Shown here piece by piece: positions 32,328 through 44,626 of a DNA stretch of 64,000 bases. Positions within the stretch are counted from its first letter, which is position 1. The number at the start of each line of letters is the position of its first letter. Position numbers and translations under genes: made by a program. Source of the DNA: Eledone cirrhosa (taxonomy: Eukaryota); contig OZ024743.1 in assembly GCA_964016885.1 (NCBI GenBank), positions 8,990,001 through 9,054,000 of the forward strand, given 5' to 3'. Below the pieces are notes generated by a model. It saw only the letters and a list, made by a program, of their open reading frames with translations. It was not told where the DNA came from and did not search any database.

Positions 32328-33983
32328 TAGAGTGTTAAAGTGTATATGAAAGTATAATTAGATAAGAAAAGGTTTATCGTACTGAGTTTACACCGACGCA
32401 TTGACAGCTATGTTTTGTCTCCCCCCTCTAGTATCGAATTACTCTTGCTGCTACCATCAGCTTAGCTCAACCTACATCTCTTTATATATATATGTCATTG
32501 TCAGCGTCTTTATCTTACTCTTTCACACATAGCAGGTTTGCGTAATTCATTTCATACCCAACTATACCCCGTTATTTTTGATGGGTGCTATGCCAGTATA
32601 TCTATATCACAAGACCTACGTAAATGATCAGCCATGTTAGAATGTAAATAACCTATCAGATAAACTTTACTTGAAAAAAAGGTTTTATTAGCAATTCAAA
32701 TCTTTAATAATTTTTCTCCCTTATCATACAATGAATGGGAACGAGTGACTGAGAGAGTAAGTTTATAAGGTGGTCTTCTTGATATAATTCTGAAGGTAAT
32801 TCTACATTTAGTTTCATAAATCTAAAATGACACATCACGACATATTCCCTCGTGACACGATGACATGACATAATACAATAAGTCTAATGTTATGGTTTTA
32901 TGGTGTAGTTTGATACACAACATCATGTGCTTGTAGGGAAAGGTACTACAATGTTTAATATCAATATCTATTGATAATCTGCAATAGCACGAAGCTTTGT
33001 GAAATGATTCGATATGTCATTTTATAATATTAAAAAGTTGAATGATTGATGCAATAAAACTATGGAATCTGACAGTGTGTAATAGTTTGATGCAGAAATA
33101 TTATGCATCCTTGTCATAATGGTACTAACTTCTTCGTCAGGATTATACATTATGTAGCTTGAAATGCTGGTTTTAGAAAGTATCACTTGACCAACCTGCA
33201 CGCTTTATAAAAACGAATTTTATATTTTGTTGCATGAGTAAAACCTCCAAAAGAATATTTTGGCTAATTATCTACATCTTAAACATTCCTACTGCTTTAT
33301 TATCATCAACAAGTCGTTTCTGACTTCCCATTAAGTCTGCCATAACTCTTTACAAAATAATTCTAAGCCTGCACTAGTGTCAAAAAAGATGATCCAACTG
33401 TCATATCAGGCCAAGGTACTTATTTTCAACTGGTTTTATTTTATTGATGATGCTATATGCCGGTTGCAGCTGTTGGCAGTAAGAGGGTGGGTTTGAACTC
33501 AGAGCACACAGAGTCGCAATATATATTGCAAAGCATTTCGTCCACTTCTTTAATAATTCCCAGTCTATCGCTTTTGGACGGGTGCTTTACTTATCGACTC
33601 CGAAAAGATGAAAGACAAAATTGACCTCGACAGTTGGTAGCAATAATTTCCAAACCCATGAAATTTTAGGAGTATCGCTAAAGACTTCGTCTAGAGTTAG
33701 TTTCATATGTGAAAGGAATTGAATTCAACGCGCAAGTAAACAAAAATAGCACCCGCTTGGATAAGCTCTGGTTTGATGAGCCTCTAGGCTCAAGAAAAAC
33801 TTTAACATTTTAAAACGAACATGACGAGTTAGCATTTTACACAACAGCTTAAGTGTATAAGCTTTCCCGTACACTCATTGATATATCTAATACATCGGAT
33901 GATTTAATATGTATGTATGCGTGCAATGTATGTATGTATGTATGTATGTATGTATGTATGTATGTATGTATGTATGCATGTAT

Positions 33984-34390
33984 GAGATGACCCCTTAGAC
34001 TTTGTAAAGGCAGAATTCTAGGAGAAGGAAAACTCTGATATAACACCTGCAACCCTGATGGTATCCAATGATGTTGACTTATTCTTCTTTTTGGTAAATA
34101 TCATCTTGGTTAAGAGAGTGGGACTGGCTTTGTGCAGTGCCTTTGCTCACTATAAAAGCTTCACGGCACAGGCATTGCTTTATATCTGGAGATCTCTCTG
34201 CACTTGTCATCACATGTTACCATGGGCCCAGCACTATGTGCCAATAATTGTCACAGGTGTAGTGTTTGTACCAGAGTTTTCAAGTCGCTGGCTGGACTAA
34301 AAAGTCACACTCGTTCAGCGCATCGGTAGGGGTTCTCCTACATGGATGTAAAGTAGTGGCCGTACTCGAAAACGAGTTGGCAGCCACCAT
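33984..34390 (+). mobile_element. Non-autonomous RTE-derived element, copy 3 (5'-truncated)
   Basis: Matches copy 1 from gagatgaccccttag onward; (TATG)n flanks. Confidence 0.85.
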
Positions 34391-34407
34391 GTATGTATGT
34401 ATGTTAT

Positions 34408-34632
34408 GTCAGGTCGCTTTCGAGTGCGACTGGTAACATGTAACCCAGTGCAACCTGTCTCATGGTCGAGTCGTCGGCGAAAAAACCGGCAAACCCACCA
34501 AGCTTGCTTGATGAGGAGGGTGATATTTGGACACCCTGCAGGTTTGTGTGACTGGCCATAGCCTAAAAGTGCAGCAAACTCTATAATCCTCCAAGCAATT
34601 GCAGTACTCTTAGGAGAGTTTGCAGCCATCAT
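34408..34632 (+). mobile_element. Shorter (~225 bp) sister element sharing the 5' head and the gcagccatc 3' tip
   Basis: Head actggtaacatgtaacccagtgcaacctgtctcatggtcg...gaggagggtga; ends gcagccatcatgtatg. Confidence 0.65.
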
Positions 34633-35387
34633 GTATGCATATATCAGTGGCGAAAGGTAACTTGGAAAGCAGGGTATGCAGTCCAATCGCCATGGCAGAG
34701 AGTAGGGCTGTGGAGCCTACCCATCGCAAAATTATTCGTCGTCCCCTCCTCCATTTGTAAATGTGATATGAGATAATTTTAATGTGAGAAAATGAACTTC
34801 TACCAACAGACCACACTTCAGGCTTGATCTCCCTCTCCACTAGACATGATGTCTCCCCATTAGTAACAGCCTGGCGACGAGCCTGTCATGATATTGGTTA
34901 CGTGAGAAATATTAGTAAATAATAAAACCTTCAAATAATGAAATATTTAAAATTCATTTGTAAATCAATTCAATTCTTCGTTTCTTTTTGGCAGAGATAA
35001 ACTCAGATATTCTCATTACACAGAAATGAAGCGACTTCTTTCAACTTCCAATTTTTCAACTTTTAATATTTGACTTTTTCAAATTTGATATTTAAGAAAC
35101 CGGTAATATTTTATAAGCACCCCCTTTATTAAAAACACCCCTCTTACTCTGTCGGATTAAAGAAAAAAGAAGCTTTAAATATACTTCCGTGCTGTTTCCC
35201 CTTTTACTTTTTACACACACACACACACACACATATATACATAATATATACATATTTACACACACACACACACATATATATATAGTGAACCTAATAAACC
35301 TTTATTTGTCTGCCTCTCTGTTTTGTTCCCGTATAAATTTGCACTATATATATATATATATTTGTATATACATATTTATAGATATTT

Positions 35388-35570
35388 AATATAAAAATGG
35401 CTTCTACAGGACTAGATCTGTTTCATTCGAAGGAAATCACGATGATTTCCTTCGGATGAAACAGTTCTAGTGCTGTAAAAGCCATCTCTATATTAAATCT
35501 TGTATATACTCTACTATGTATTGAGTACCTTACATACTGTGGTTGCCCCCATTGAACCTGGGGTACACAC
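35388..35570. repeat. Fold-back element of the same family as 1041-1232
   Basis: Arms meet at ~35450, inside the hammerhead core; the tail gtattgagtaccttac...ccattgaacc matches the reverse complement of 1050-1095. Confidence 0.85.
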
Positions 35571-35577
35571 ATACATA

Positions 35578-35646
<69 letters not shown>

Positions 35647-35757
35647 CGTATTGCAAGAGATGTCAACATGAATGGACCTATTATTTTTATCTAAATACAT
35701 TTTTTCCAATTCCTTCCATCCCGCCCGTACCCTCGATTTATTTTATTTCTCATTCTT

Positions 35758-35793
35758 TCTTCTGATGAAGGACTAGCATCCGAAACGTTAAGA
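35758..35793 (+). ncRNA. Minimal type I hammerhead (PLE type)
   Basis: TCTT-CTGATGA-A-GGA ctagca TCC-GAAAC-GTT-AAGA, with the AACGTT palindrome as stem III. Confidence 0.75.
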
Positions 35794-35989
35794 CCCTCTT
35801 CCTGCTATATCAAGCATTAACCTAATATATACCTTCTATATACTGTACCGATTGTGTTGTTATTTCTGTTTACCTTTTACATATATATATATATATATAT
35901 ATATTAAATTGTTAAACAATATTCTGTCAAAGAATACCTTGATTAAATCTTAACCATTTAACATCTCAGGGTATGTCATGTATCATTAT

Positions 35990-36042
35990 ATTTTGTCTGA
36001 TGAGGACGTACTATCGTACATCCGAAATATGTATAATAAAAT
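35990..36042 (+). ncRNA. Type I hammerhead ribozyme
   Basis: ATTTTGT-CTGATGA-GGACGTAC tatc GTACATCC-GAAA-TATGTA-TA-ATAAAAT. Confidence 0.85.
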
Positions 36043-36099
36043 GTAATTGATCAAAAGAACATCTATTTTATTCATACTTATATTTTAATATATATATAA

Positions 36100-36483
<384 letters not shown>

Positions 36484-36859
36484 TCAAATTCAGAATGTCC
36501 TACTAAATATTTCTATACCGTTGATATCGATGTATGCATTTCAGTTATCAGAATTTGATCAACTCTGTTAAAAACCTATTAGTTGTTATGCTTGTGGTGT
36601 GTCTTTATTTACTGCAGTCACTATTCATATACAATGTCGCTAACAATACTAAATCTAAATCTAATACTCATTATAAAAATTGGCAAAGCCTCCATTATTT
36701 TAAATTATTTGTTTGACTCCGTCATATCACCTCAATACGTGAGGGGGGAACAATAACTCTCGTCATCCACTCCACGGCTGTGAACCAATGGCAATACACA
36801 CACAGACACATATACGTATATATACACGTATATATACACGTATGTGTGTATGTGTGTGT

Positions 36860-36903
<44 letters not shown>

Positions 36904-37403
36904 ACGTATGTACACGCGCGTTATTATTGGGTCGTCAAGTATGAAGTTTGAAGGAGCCGTATGGTCTTATGTTTTTTTTCTACAAATTTCATACTTGAGA
37001 CATAATAAATATACGAATATGCTCTCATCAACGTTTCTAGACTTCCAAAGTCTTATCATTTTTATTGCGATTCATATTGTAGACGAATGTAATTTGTGAA
37101 ATTTTAGGAAATTCTTTCTTCCCAGGCACATGTATTGGCTTTCTGACCGAGAGTTAAAACTTGAAGTTTGACCCTTAGGCGTATACGTCATCAGTCACGT
37201 GTTCACCATGTATATAACGTTTCTGACTGGTTAACATTGCATTGTAATATGAGCAACGCCTCCATAATTAAGCTGATAAAAAGTTAAAACTCGAACATAG
37301 GCGTATCTTTAATAACACATGTCTTAAAGAAATGCTGCTCCTAGTATATATATATATATATACATACACAATTTATATATATATATTATTATTATATATG
37401 TAT

Positions 37404-38011
37404 ATGGTGGCTGCCAACTCGTTTTCGAGTACGGCCACTACTTTATATCCATGTAGGAGAACCCCTACCGATGCGCTGAACGAGTGACTTTTTAGTCCAG
37501 CCAGCGACTTGAAAACTCTGGTACAAACACTACACCTGTGACAATTATTGACACATAGTGCTGGGCCCATGGTACCATGTGACGACAAGTGCAGAGAGAT
37601 CTCCAGATATAAAGCAATGCCTGTGCCGTGAAGCTTTTATAGTGAGCAAAGGCACTGCACAAAGCCAGTCCCACTCTCTTAACCAAGATGATATTTACCA
37701 AAAAGAAGAACAAGTCAACATCATTGGATACCATCAGGGTTGCAGGTATTATATCAGAGTTTTCCTTCTCCTAGAATTCTGCCTTGACAAAGGCTAAGGG
37801 GTCATCTCTCCCGGTGATTTTGGATGGCCATTGACTCTTAATAGCTCCTTTGCCCTTTGACAGGTTTTGTTTTTAGTCCTGCAGGATGTCCAAAGTCACC
37901 CTCCTCACCAAGAAACCTTGGTGGGGTTGCCAGTTTAGTCGCCAACGACCCGACCATGAGACAGGTTGTACTGGGATACATGTTACCAGTAGCACCAACT
38001 GGTGACTTGAC
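37404..38011 (-). mobile_element. Non-autonomous RTE-derived element, copy 4
   Basis: Reverse complement of copy 1; in tandem with copy 5. Confidence 0.87.
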
Positions 38012-38249
38012 ATATATACACATATATACACATACATATATACATACATACATACACATATATATATATACATATATACACATACATACATACATACATA
38101 TATATACATATACATACATACATACATACATACATATACACATACATACACACATATACATATATACACATACATACATACACATATATACATACACATA
38201 CATATATACATATATATATATACACATACATACATATATACACATATAC

Positions 38250-38283
<34 letters not shown>

Positions 38284-38284
<1 letters not shown>

Positions 38285-38893
38285 TGGTGGCTGCCAACTC
38301 GTTTTCGAGTATGGCCACTACTTTATATTCATGTAGGAGAACCCCTACCGATGCGCTGAACGAGTGTGACTTTTTAGTCCAGCCAGCGACTTGAAAACTC
38401 TGGTACAAACACTACACTTGTGACAATTATTGACACATAGTGCTTTGCCTTTGGTACCATGTGACGACAAGTGCAGAGAGATCTCCAGATATAAAGCAAT
38501 GCCTGTGCCGTGAAGCTTTTATAGTGAGCAAAGGCACTGCACAAAGCCAGTCCCACTCTCTTAACCAAGATGATATTTACCAAAAAGAAGAACAAGTCAA
38601 CATCATTGGATACCATCAGGGTTGCAGGTATTATATCAGAGTTTTCCTTCTCCTAGAATTCTGCCTTGACAAAGGCTAAGGGGTCATCTCTCCCGGTGAT
38701 TTTGGATGGCCATTGACTCTTAATAGCTCCTTTGCCCTTTGACAGGTTTTGTTTTTAGTCCTGCAGGATGTCCAAAGTCACCCTCCTCACCAAGAAACCT
38801 TGGTGGGGTTGCCAGTTTAGTCGCCAACGACCCGACCATGAAACAGGTTGTACTGGGATACATGTTACCAGTAGCACCAACTGGTGACTTGAC
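38284..38893 (-). mobile_element. Non-autonomous RTE-derived element, copy 5
   Basis: Reverse complement of copy 1; (CATA)n-like spacer and flanks. Confidence 0.87.
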
Positions 38894-39106
38894 ATATATA
38901 CACACATATACACATACATATATACATACATACATACACACATACATATATATATATATATATACACATACATACACACATACATACATACATATACATA
39001 TACATACATACATACATACATATACACATACATACACACAAATATATGTATATATATATATATATACATACACAATTTATATATATATATATATTATTAC
39101 TATACA

Positions 39107-39152
<46 letters not shown>

Positions 39153-39326
39153 ATTTATATATATATATATATTATTATTATATATGTATATATAATAATA
39201 TATATAATGAGTTCAAATCCCGCCGAGGTTGACTTTGCCTTTCATCCTTACGGGGTCGATAAAATAAAGTACCAGTAATGTACTGGGTAATTGCTGGCCT
39301 TGTGCCTAAAGTAAAAACAATTATTA

Positions 39327-39397
<71 letters not shown>

Positions 39398-39737
39398 TTA
39401 TGGCAACTGTATACCACTATTCATTCATTTAACGCAATACATACGCACACACACACACCCACACACGCACGCACACACACACGCACACACGCACACACAC
39501 ACTCATACACACACGCACAGGCACACACACAAACATACACAAAAAGACGTCGTCTCTTTTACCCTCCACTAATCCCTCATAGAACGCTGCGGTGGAGTCT
39601 CCACCGATCGTACTGCCTGATTGGCTGACGGCTGTCAGCGCTTGAAAACATTCCACTCTAATAATAATAACAACAACAATAAAGACAGTATGTATACATA
39701 TATAATATATATATACATATGTATATATAAATGTATG

Positions 39738-39817
<80 letters not shown>

Positions 39818-39902
39818 GATACATATATATTTATATACACATACATACTCCTATCTACATACATAAACACAAACATTTCCGTACTCACAGTCATAGACTC
39901 TT

Positions 39903-39968
<66 letters not shown>

Positions 39969-40118
39969 GACTGACTGTAGTGCACGCACATACATGCATG
40001 CGTGCATCTATATACAAGCGTACACACACATATGTGTGCGACCGGGTGTGTGCATATATATATATACACATCTATATACATACATATACACATATTTATA
40101 AATACGCACACACATATT

Positions 40119-40190
<72 letters not shown>

Positions 40191-40452
40191 CACACACACA
40201 CATACATATACTCATACACGGGCATACATATGCACATACATACGCGGTAAGAAACACAGATATACATATATATACGTGTTTGTGTAAGTGCTCACATACG
40301 TGCACGCAGATGCGAACACACCTAAACATGCATAGATGTGTACACATATACATACACGCGCCCACAGACACGCATACACCTACACACACACACGCGCGCA
40401 CATATATGCAGGCATACACACATATATATATGTATATATATATATATATATA

Positions 40453-41717
40453 CAGGGGTTGGACAAAATAATGGAAACACCTTAAAATTTCAAACAAATT
40501 TATTTTAATATGTGGTAGAACCGCCTTTGGCAGTAATTACAGCTTGAATTCTACGAGGTATGGACTCGTACAAAGTTTGTTTCGAAAGGAATTTATGTCC
40601 ATTCTTCAGCTAAAACAGTCTCCAGTTCTTGTAGTGATGATGGTGGAGGATATCGACTACTTACTTGTTTTTCTAAAATGCACCATAAATGTTCAATATT
40701 GAGATCTGGGGACTGCGGTGGCCAGATAAGATGTTCAACTTCACTAGAATGTTCCTCGTGCCATTCAGTAACAACTTTAGCTGTGTGAATTGGTGCATTA
40801 TCATCCTGAAAGATTGCGTTTCCCTCCGGAAACAGTTCCGCAACCATAGGATGAATTTGATCAGATAAAATGCTTAAATAGTCTTGACTATTAATTCTGT
40901 CATGAAGGGAAACCATTGGGCCGGCGGATTTCCAAGATATAGTCCCCCTGATCATCACAGATCCTCCTCCATGTTTAACAGTTGGAAGAAGGCAGTCTGG
41001 GTCAAATGCTTCTTTTGGCTGTCTCCACACGTATACTCGGCTGGTGGTCGGAAATAAGGTAAAGGATGACTCGTCCGAGAAAATAACATTCTTCTACTGC
41101 TCCAGGGACCAATTCTGTAGGTTTTTACTCCACTCTAAACGCTTTGCAACGTTTGTTCTTGAAAGTAGTGGTTTTCTGATTGCAGCCCTCCCGTGAAATC
41201 CGGCTTTGTGCAGCTCCCGGCGAACAATTTTTGTGGAAACTGGGTTCTCGAGGTGATCATTAAGCTCTGCAGTGATTTTGGGAGCTGTACTTTTGTGATC
41301 CTTTCTAACAATTCGTGTAAGAGTCCGACAGTCCCTATCTGAAAATTTTGGTTTTCTTCCGGAGTTTTGTTTCGACGAGTAGGTTTTTCCCTCTTTCTCA
41401 AAGGCTGTCATTACTTTCGAGACAGTACTTCTTGATACACCAAACATTTCGGCTGTTTTCGTTACACTAGCGCCTGCCATACGAGCACCAACAATTTGAC
41501 CTCTTTGAAAGTCCGATAGATCTGTCATTTTAATGAATTTTAATTACCTTTTTCTGATGATATCTGAAAAGAAACAGCAATTTTAACAAAACATATTAAG
41601 CAACACTAATAATAAATAAAAAAACATAAAAATAAACAAGCTTTTGACGGTTTTATAGATACTTCAAAATTATGATGCTATGATGCTAGGTGTTTCCATT
41701 ATTTTGTCCAACCTCTG
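40453..41717 (-). mobile_element. Tc1-family DNA transposon, full length (~1.27 kb), with ~30-bp TIRs and TA target duplication
   Basis: Left end TA|CAGGGGTTGGACAAAATAATGGAAACACCT and right end AGGTGTTTCCATTATTTTGTCCAACCTCTG|TA; encloses a transposase. Confidence 0.95.
40505..41528 (-). pseudogene. Tc1 transposase with premature stops and a terminal frameshift
   Basis: Paired-like HTH (MTDLSDFQRGQIVGAR), GRKPK, TAG at 41094, then in-frame KNVIFSDES, KHGGGSVM, FQDDNAPIH and WPPQSPDLNIE. After a second stop and a frameshift it ends YESIPRRIQAVITAKGGSTTY*. Confidence 0.93.
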
Positions 41718-41730
41718 TATATATATATGC

Positions 41731-41865
<135 letters not shown>

Positions 41866-42001
41866 CACACACACACACAAACACATATATACATACACTC
41901 TCGCATATGCATACATGTGCTTGGACATACACATAAACTTACATACCCAAACCTGCATATGTACAGGCTTACATACACATACATAAATATATACATATAT
42001 G

Positions 42002-42500
42002 TCATCATCAACATAAACATGGCTTGGCTTCGCGAACGATGGCTGTGAAGGGAGTGGTCCACGTTGAATGCAAGCATGTTCGTGGCTGTTTAGGCCAATG
42101 TGTGACAGGCACGGCCACAGCGGCACCAGTTGAAGGTCTGGTTAGGGTTTAATGACTTTTTGTTGTGGTACTTCCTCCTGTGTCTTGATGGTGGCCCTGC
42201 GGGTGTTTTCAAAGGAAGAGACAGCATGGTTGATGTTGAGATGCCAGACATCACGGTTCTCAGCTAGGGTAAACCACCATCGATCATCGCTGTGACAGGC
42301 ACCAAGGGATGTTTTTAAAAAGTCCTTGTATCGCTTCCTTGGCGCTCCCCTGTCGTGATGCCCGTTGAACCATTATCCTAGATACGTGCCTTGCCCAGCG
42401 TAGTTGGCACAGCATCAACTCGACGCTGGTGACCTCTGCTCGTTCAAAGACTTCAACATTGGTGACAAAATCTCTCCAGTGGATGTTGAGGATGGTGCTG
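42002..42500 (-). mobile_element. Decayed RTE LINE 3' fragment
   Basis: Minus-strand ILNIHWRDFVTNVEV, RGAPRKRYKDFLK and CLSHIGLNSH; short GAT tail. Confidence 0.75.
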
Positions 42501-43069
42501 AATCATTTTTCAGTTCTGGGGGCGCGGTAGTCTAACTGTGCCGTGGGGCGTATAGTTTGAGAATTAGTTGTCTGGGTAGGTTCTTTGCTAACTAACCAAT
42601 GATTTGAATGATCAGAGCTTCCTGCAACCCGGGAGTGGTGGTTCGGTGTGCAGTTGATGTTACTGTGAGTGGTTAGTTCCCTGATCTTTTTATTGTTGAT
42701 GGCCATTATCAACCTCTCAAGTTTCGGTGCTGTCAAAAATGAGAACGACAGTGTGCCTGTTGAAGATCCTGTGGTAGTTGTGTGTAGGGGGAAGCAGTGT
42801 TTGAGATCCCCAAAGAAGGCTTCGAGGATTTTACTTCGTATTTTAGTTCGGAAGTATAAAGCGCATTGAATTCTGAGAGCCCAGTCTTGTTAATCTCGAG
42901 TTTCACCTGTATAATTATTGTTTCGTCAGACAAGACACTTGATTGATGATCCTTGAATATACAGGTGAAACTCCAAAATAACAAGACTCGTGACATAGTC
43001 ATAATAAAGAATATTATAAAATCCTACATTGGTACTGAATACTTATTCTCACGGCCATCAATATCTCAC

Positions 43070-43147
<78 letters not shown>

Positions 43148-43274
43148 GTGAGGTTTTTTTTTACAAAATGAAAAATAACCGAGGTGTCCTACACAAGTGA
43201 AAGTATAAGGAAAAAAGATGAAATCGAAAATGCAACTGGAGACTTTTTCTTTTTAAACATATATTTATTTGGTT

Positions 43275-43312
43275 CCTTTACCGGTTTCGCAGTTCTTCTG
43301 CTTTTCAAAAGT
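43275..43312 (-). ncRNA. Hammerhead with U3-A8 core covariation in a PLE pLTR (copies at 47298-47335 and 8832-8869, plus)
   Basis: CTT-TTGAAAA-GCAG aagaa CTGC-GAAA-CCGG-TA-AAG. Confidence 0.72.
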
Positions 43313-43639
43313 AGAATTGAGATGGAGGGTCTGTGGTTTTTCTTACATCTGGCTGGTCTTTGAATGTTACTTCTGTTTTATATGGAAAAAAGTGGCTCGA
43401 AATGCCAGGTTTTTAGAGAAGTAATTTGGTTGGTTGGTAAATAACTATAATAAATTTCGCGCCAGTTCGCGTTACAAAGTTCTTCAAACAAAGGCGGGGG
43501 GGGGGACTCAGGTTGTTTTTTCCTATATTAGTGAAGTTTGGTTGGTTGATGCAGTTATGTGAATAAGCACATCAGCTTTCGCGCCAGTTTGTGTTTGAAT
43601 TTCATTTTACTTAAAAAAAGTGGCTCACGAAGGCTTTTT

Positions 43640-43985
43640 TTAATAGATGTAATTTGATTGGTTATAAATGAAATTATGACTGTCACGTGAACAAGTACAT
43701 TAAGTTTCGCGCCCGTATTTTGGAATTTTTTATAGCCATTTAGAGAATTTTGTGCCAAACAAAAGATAATGGTCAAGAAAAAGGGATGGAGAGAGTTGTT
43801 CTGAGTATGACTGATGTGCTGAAATGTAATTTGATTGGTTATAAATGACATTATGACTGTTACGTGAACAAGTACATTACATTTCGTGCCCGTATTTGAG
43901 AATTTATTTTGTAGCCTTTTAGAGAATTTTGTACCAAACAAAAGATAATGGTCAAGAAAAACGGGATGGGGAGAATTGTTCTGGT
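43640..43985. repeat. Two copies of a ~178-bp tandem repeat in the PLE 3' UTR, followed by a TG-rich minisatellite (~44090-44605)
   Basis: gtaatttgattggttataaatga...aaagataatggtcaagaaaa occurs twice. Confidence 0.85.
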
Positions 43986-44466
43986 TCAGTGAATATGGCT
44001 GGTGTGCTGGGGTGTCAGAATTCAGACTATTGAAATAAAGAAAGTAGGGATATGTATGTTTATTTGTGTGCTTGTGTGTGTGTGTGTGTGTGTGTAGGAA
44101 GATGATTCTAATAGTAGAAATGGGGGGGGGGGGAGTTGTGTGTGTATGGGTATTATGTGTGTGTGTATGTATGTGTGGGAGTATGGTTAGCATGTTAAGA
44201 TGGAAAGAATATATATATATTTTGTGTGTGTGTGTGTTATGTGTGTGTGTATGTGTGTGGGAGTATGGTTAGCATGTTAAGATGAAGAGAATATATATAT
44301 TTTATGTGCGTGTGTGTGTAAGAAAATGATTCTATTAGTAGAAATGTGGGAGGGAGTTGTGTGTGTGTATGGATGTTATGTGTGTGTGTATGGGTGTTAT
44401 GTGTGTGTATGTATGTGTGTGTGTGGGAGTATGGTTAGCATGTTAAGATGGAGAGAATATATATAT

Positions 44467-44505
<39 letters not shown>

Positions 44506-44626
44506 GAAAATGATTCCGTTAGTAGAAATGGGGGAGGGAGTTGTGTGTGTGTATAGGTGTTATGTGTGTGTGTATGTGTGTGTCTGTTTGGATGGTTAGC
44601 ATGTTATGGTGTTGACATAATGTATA

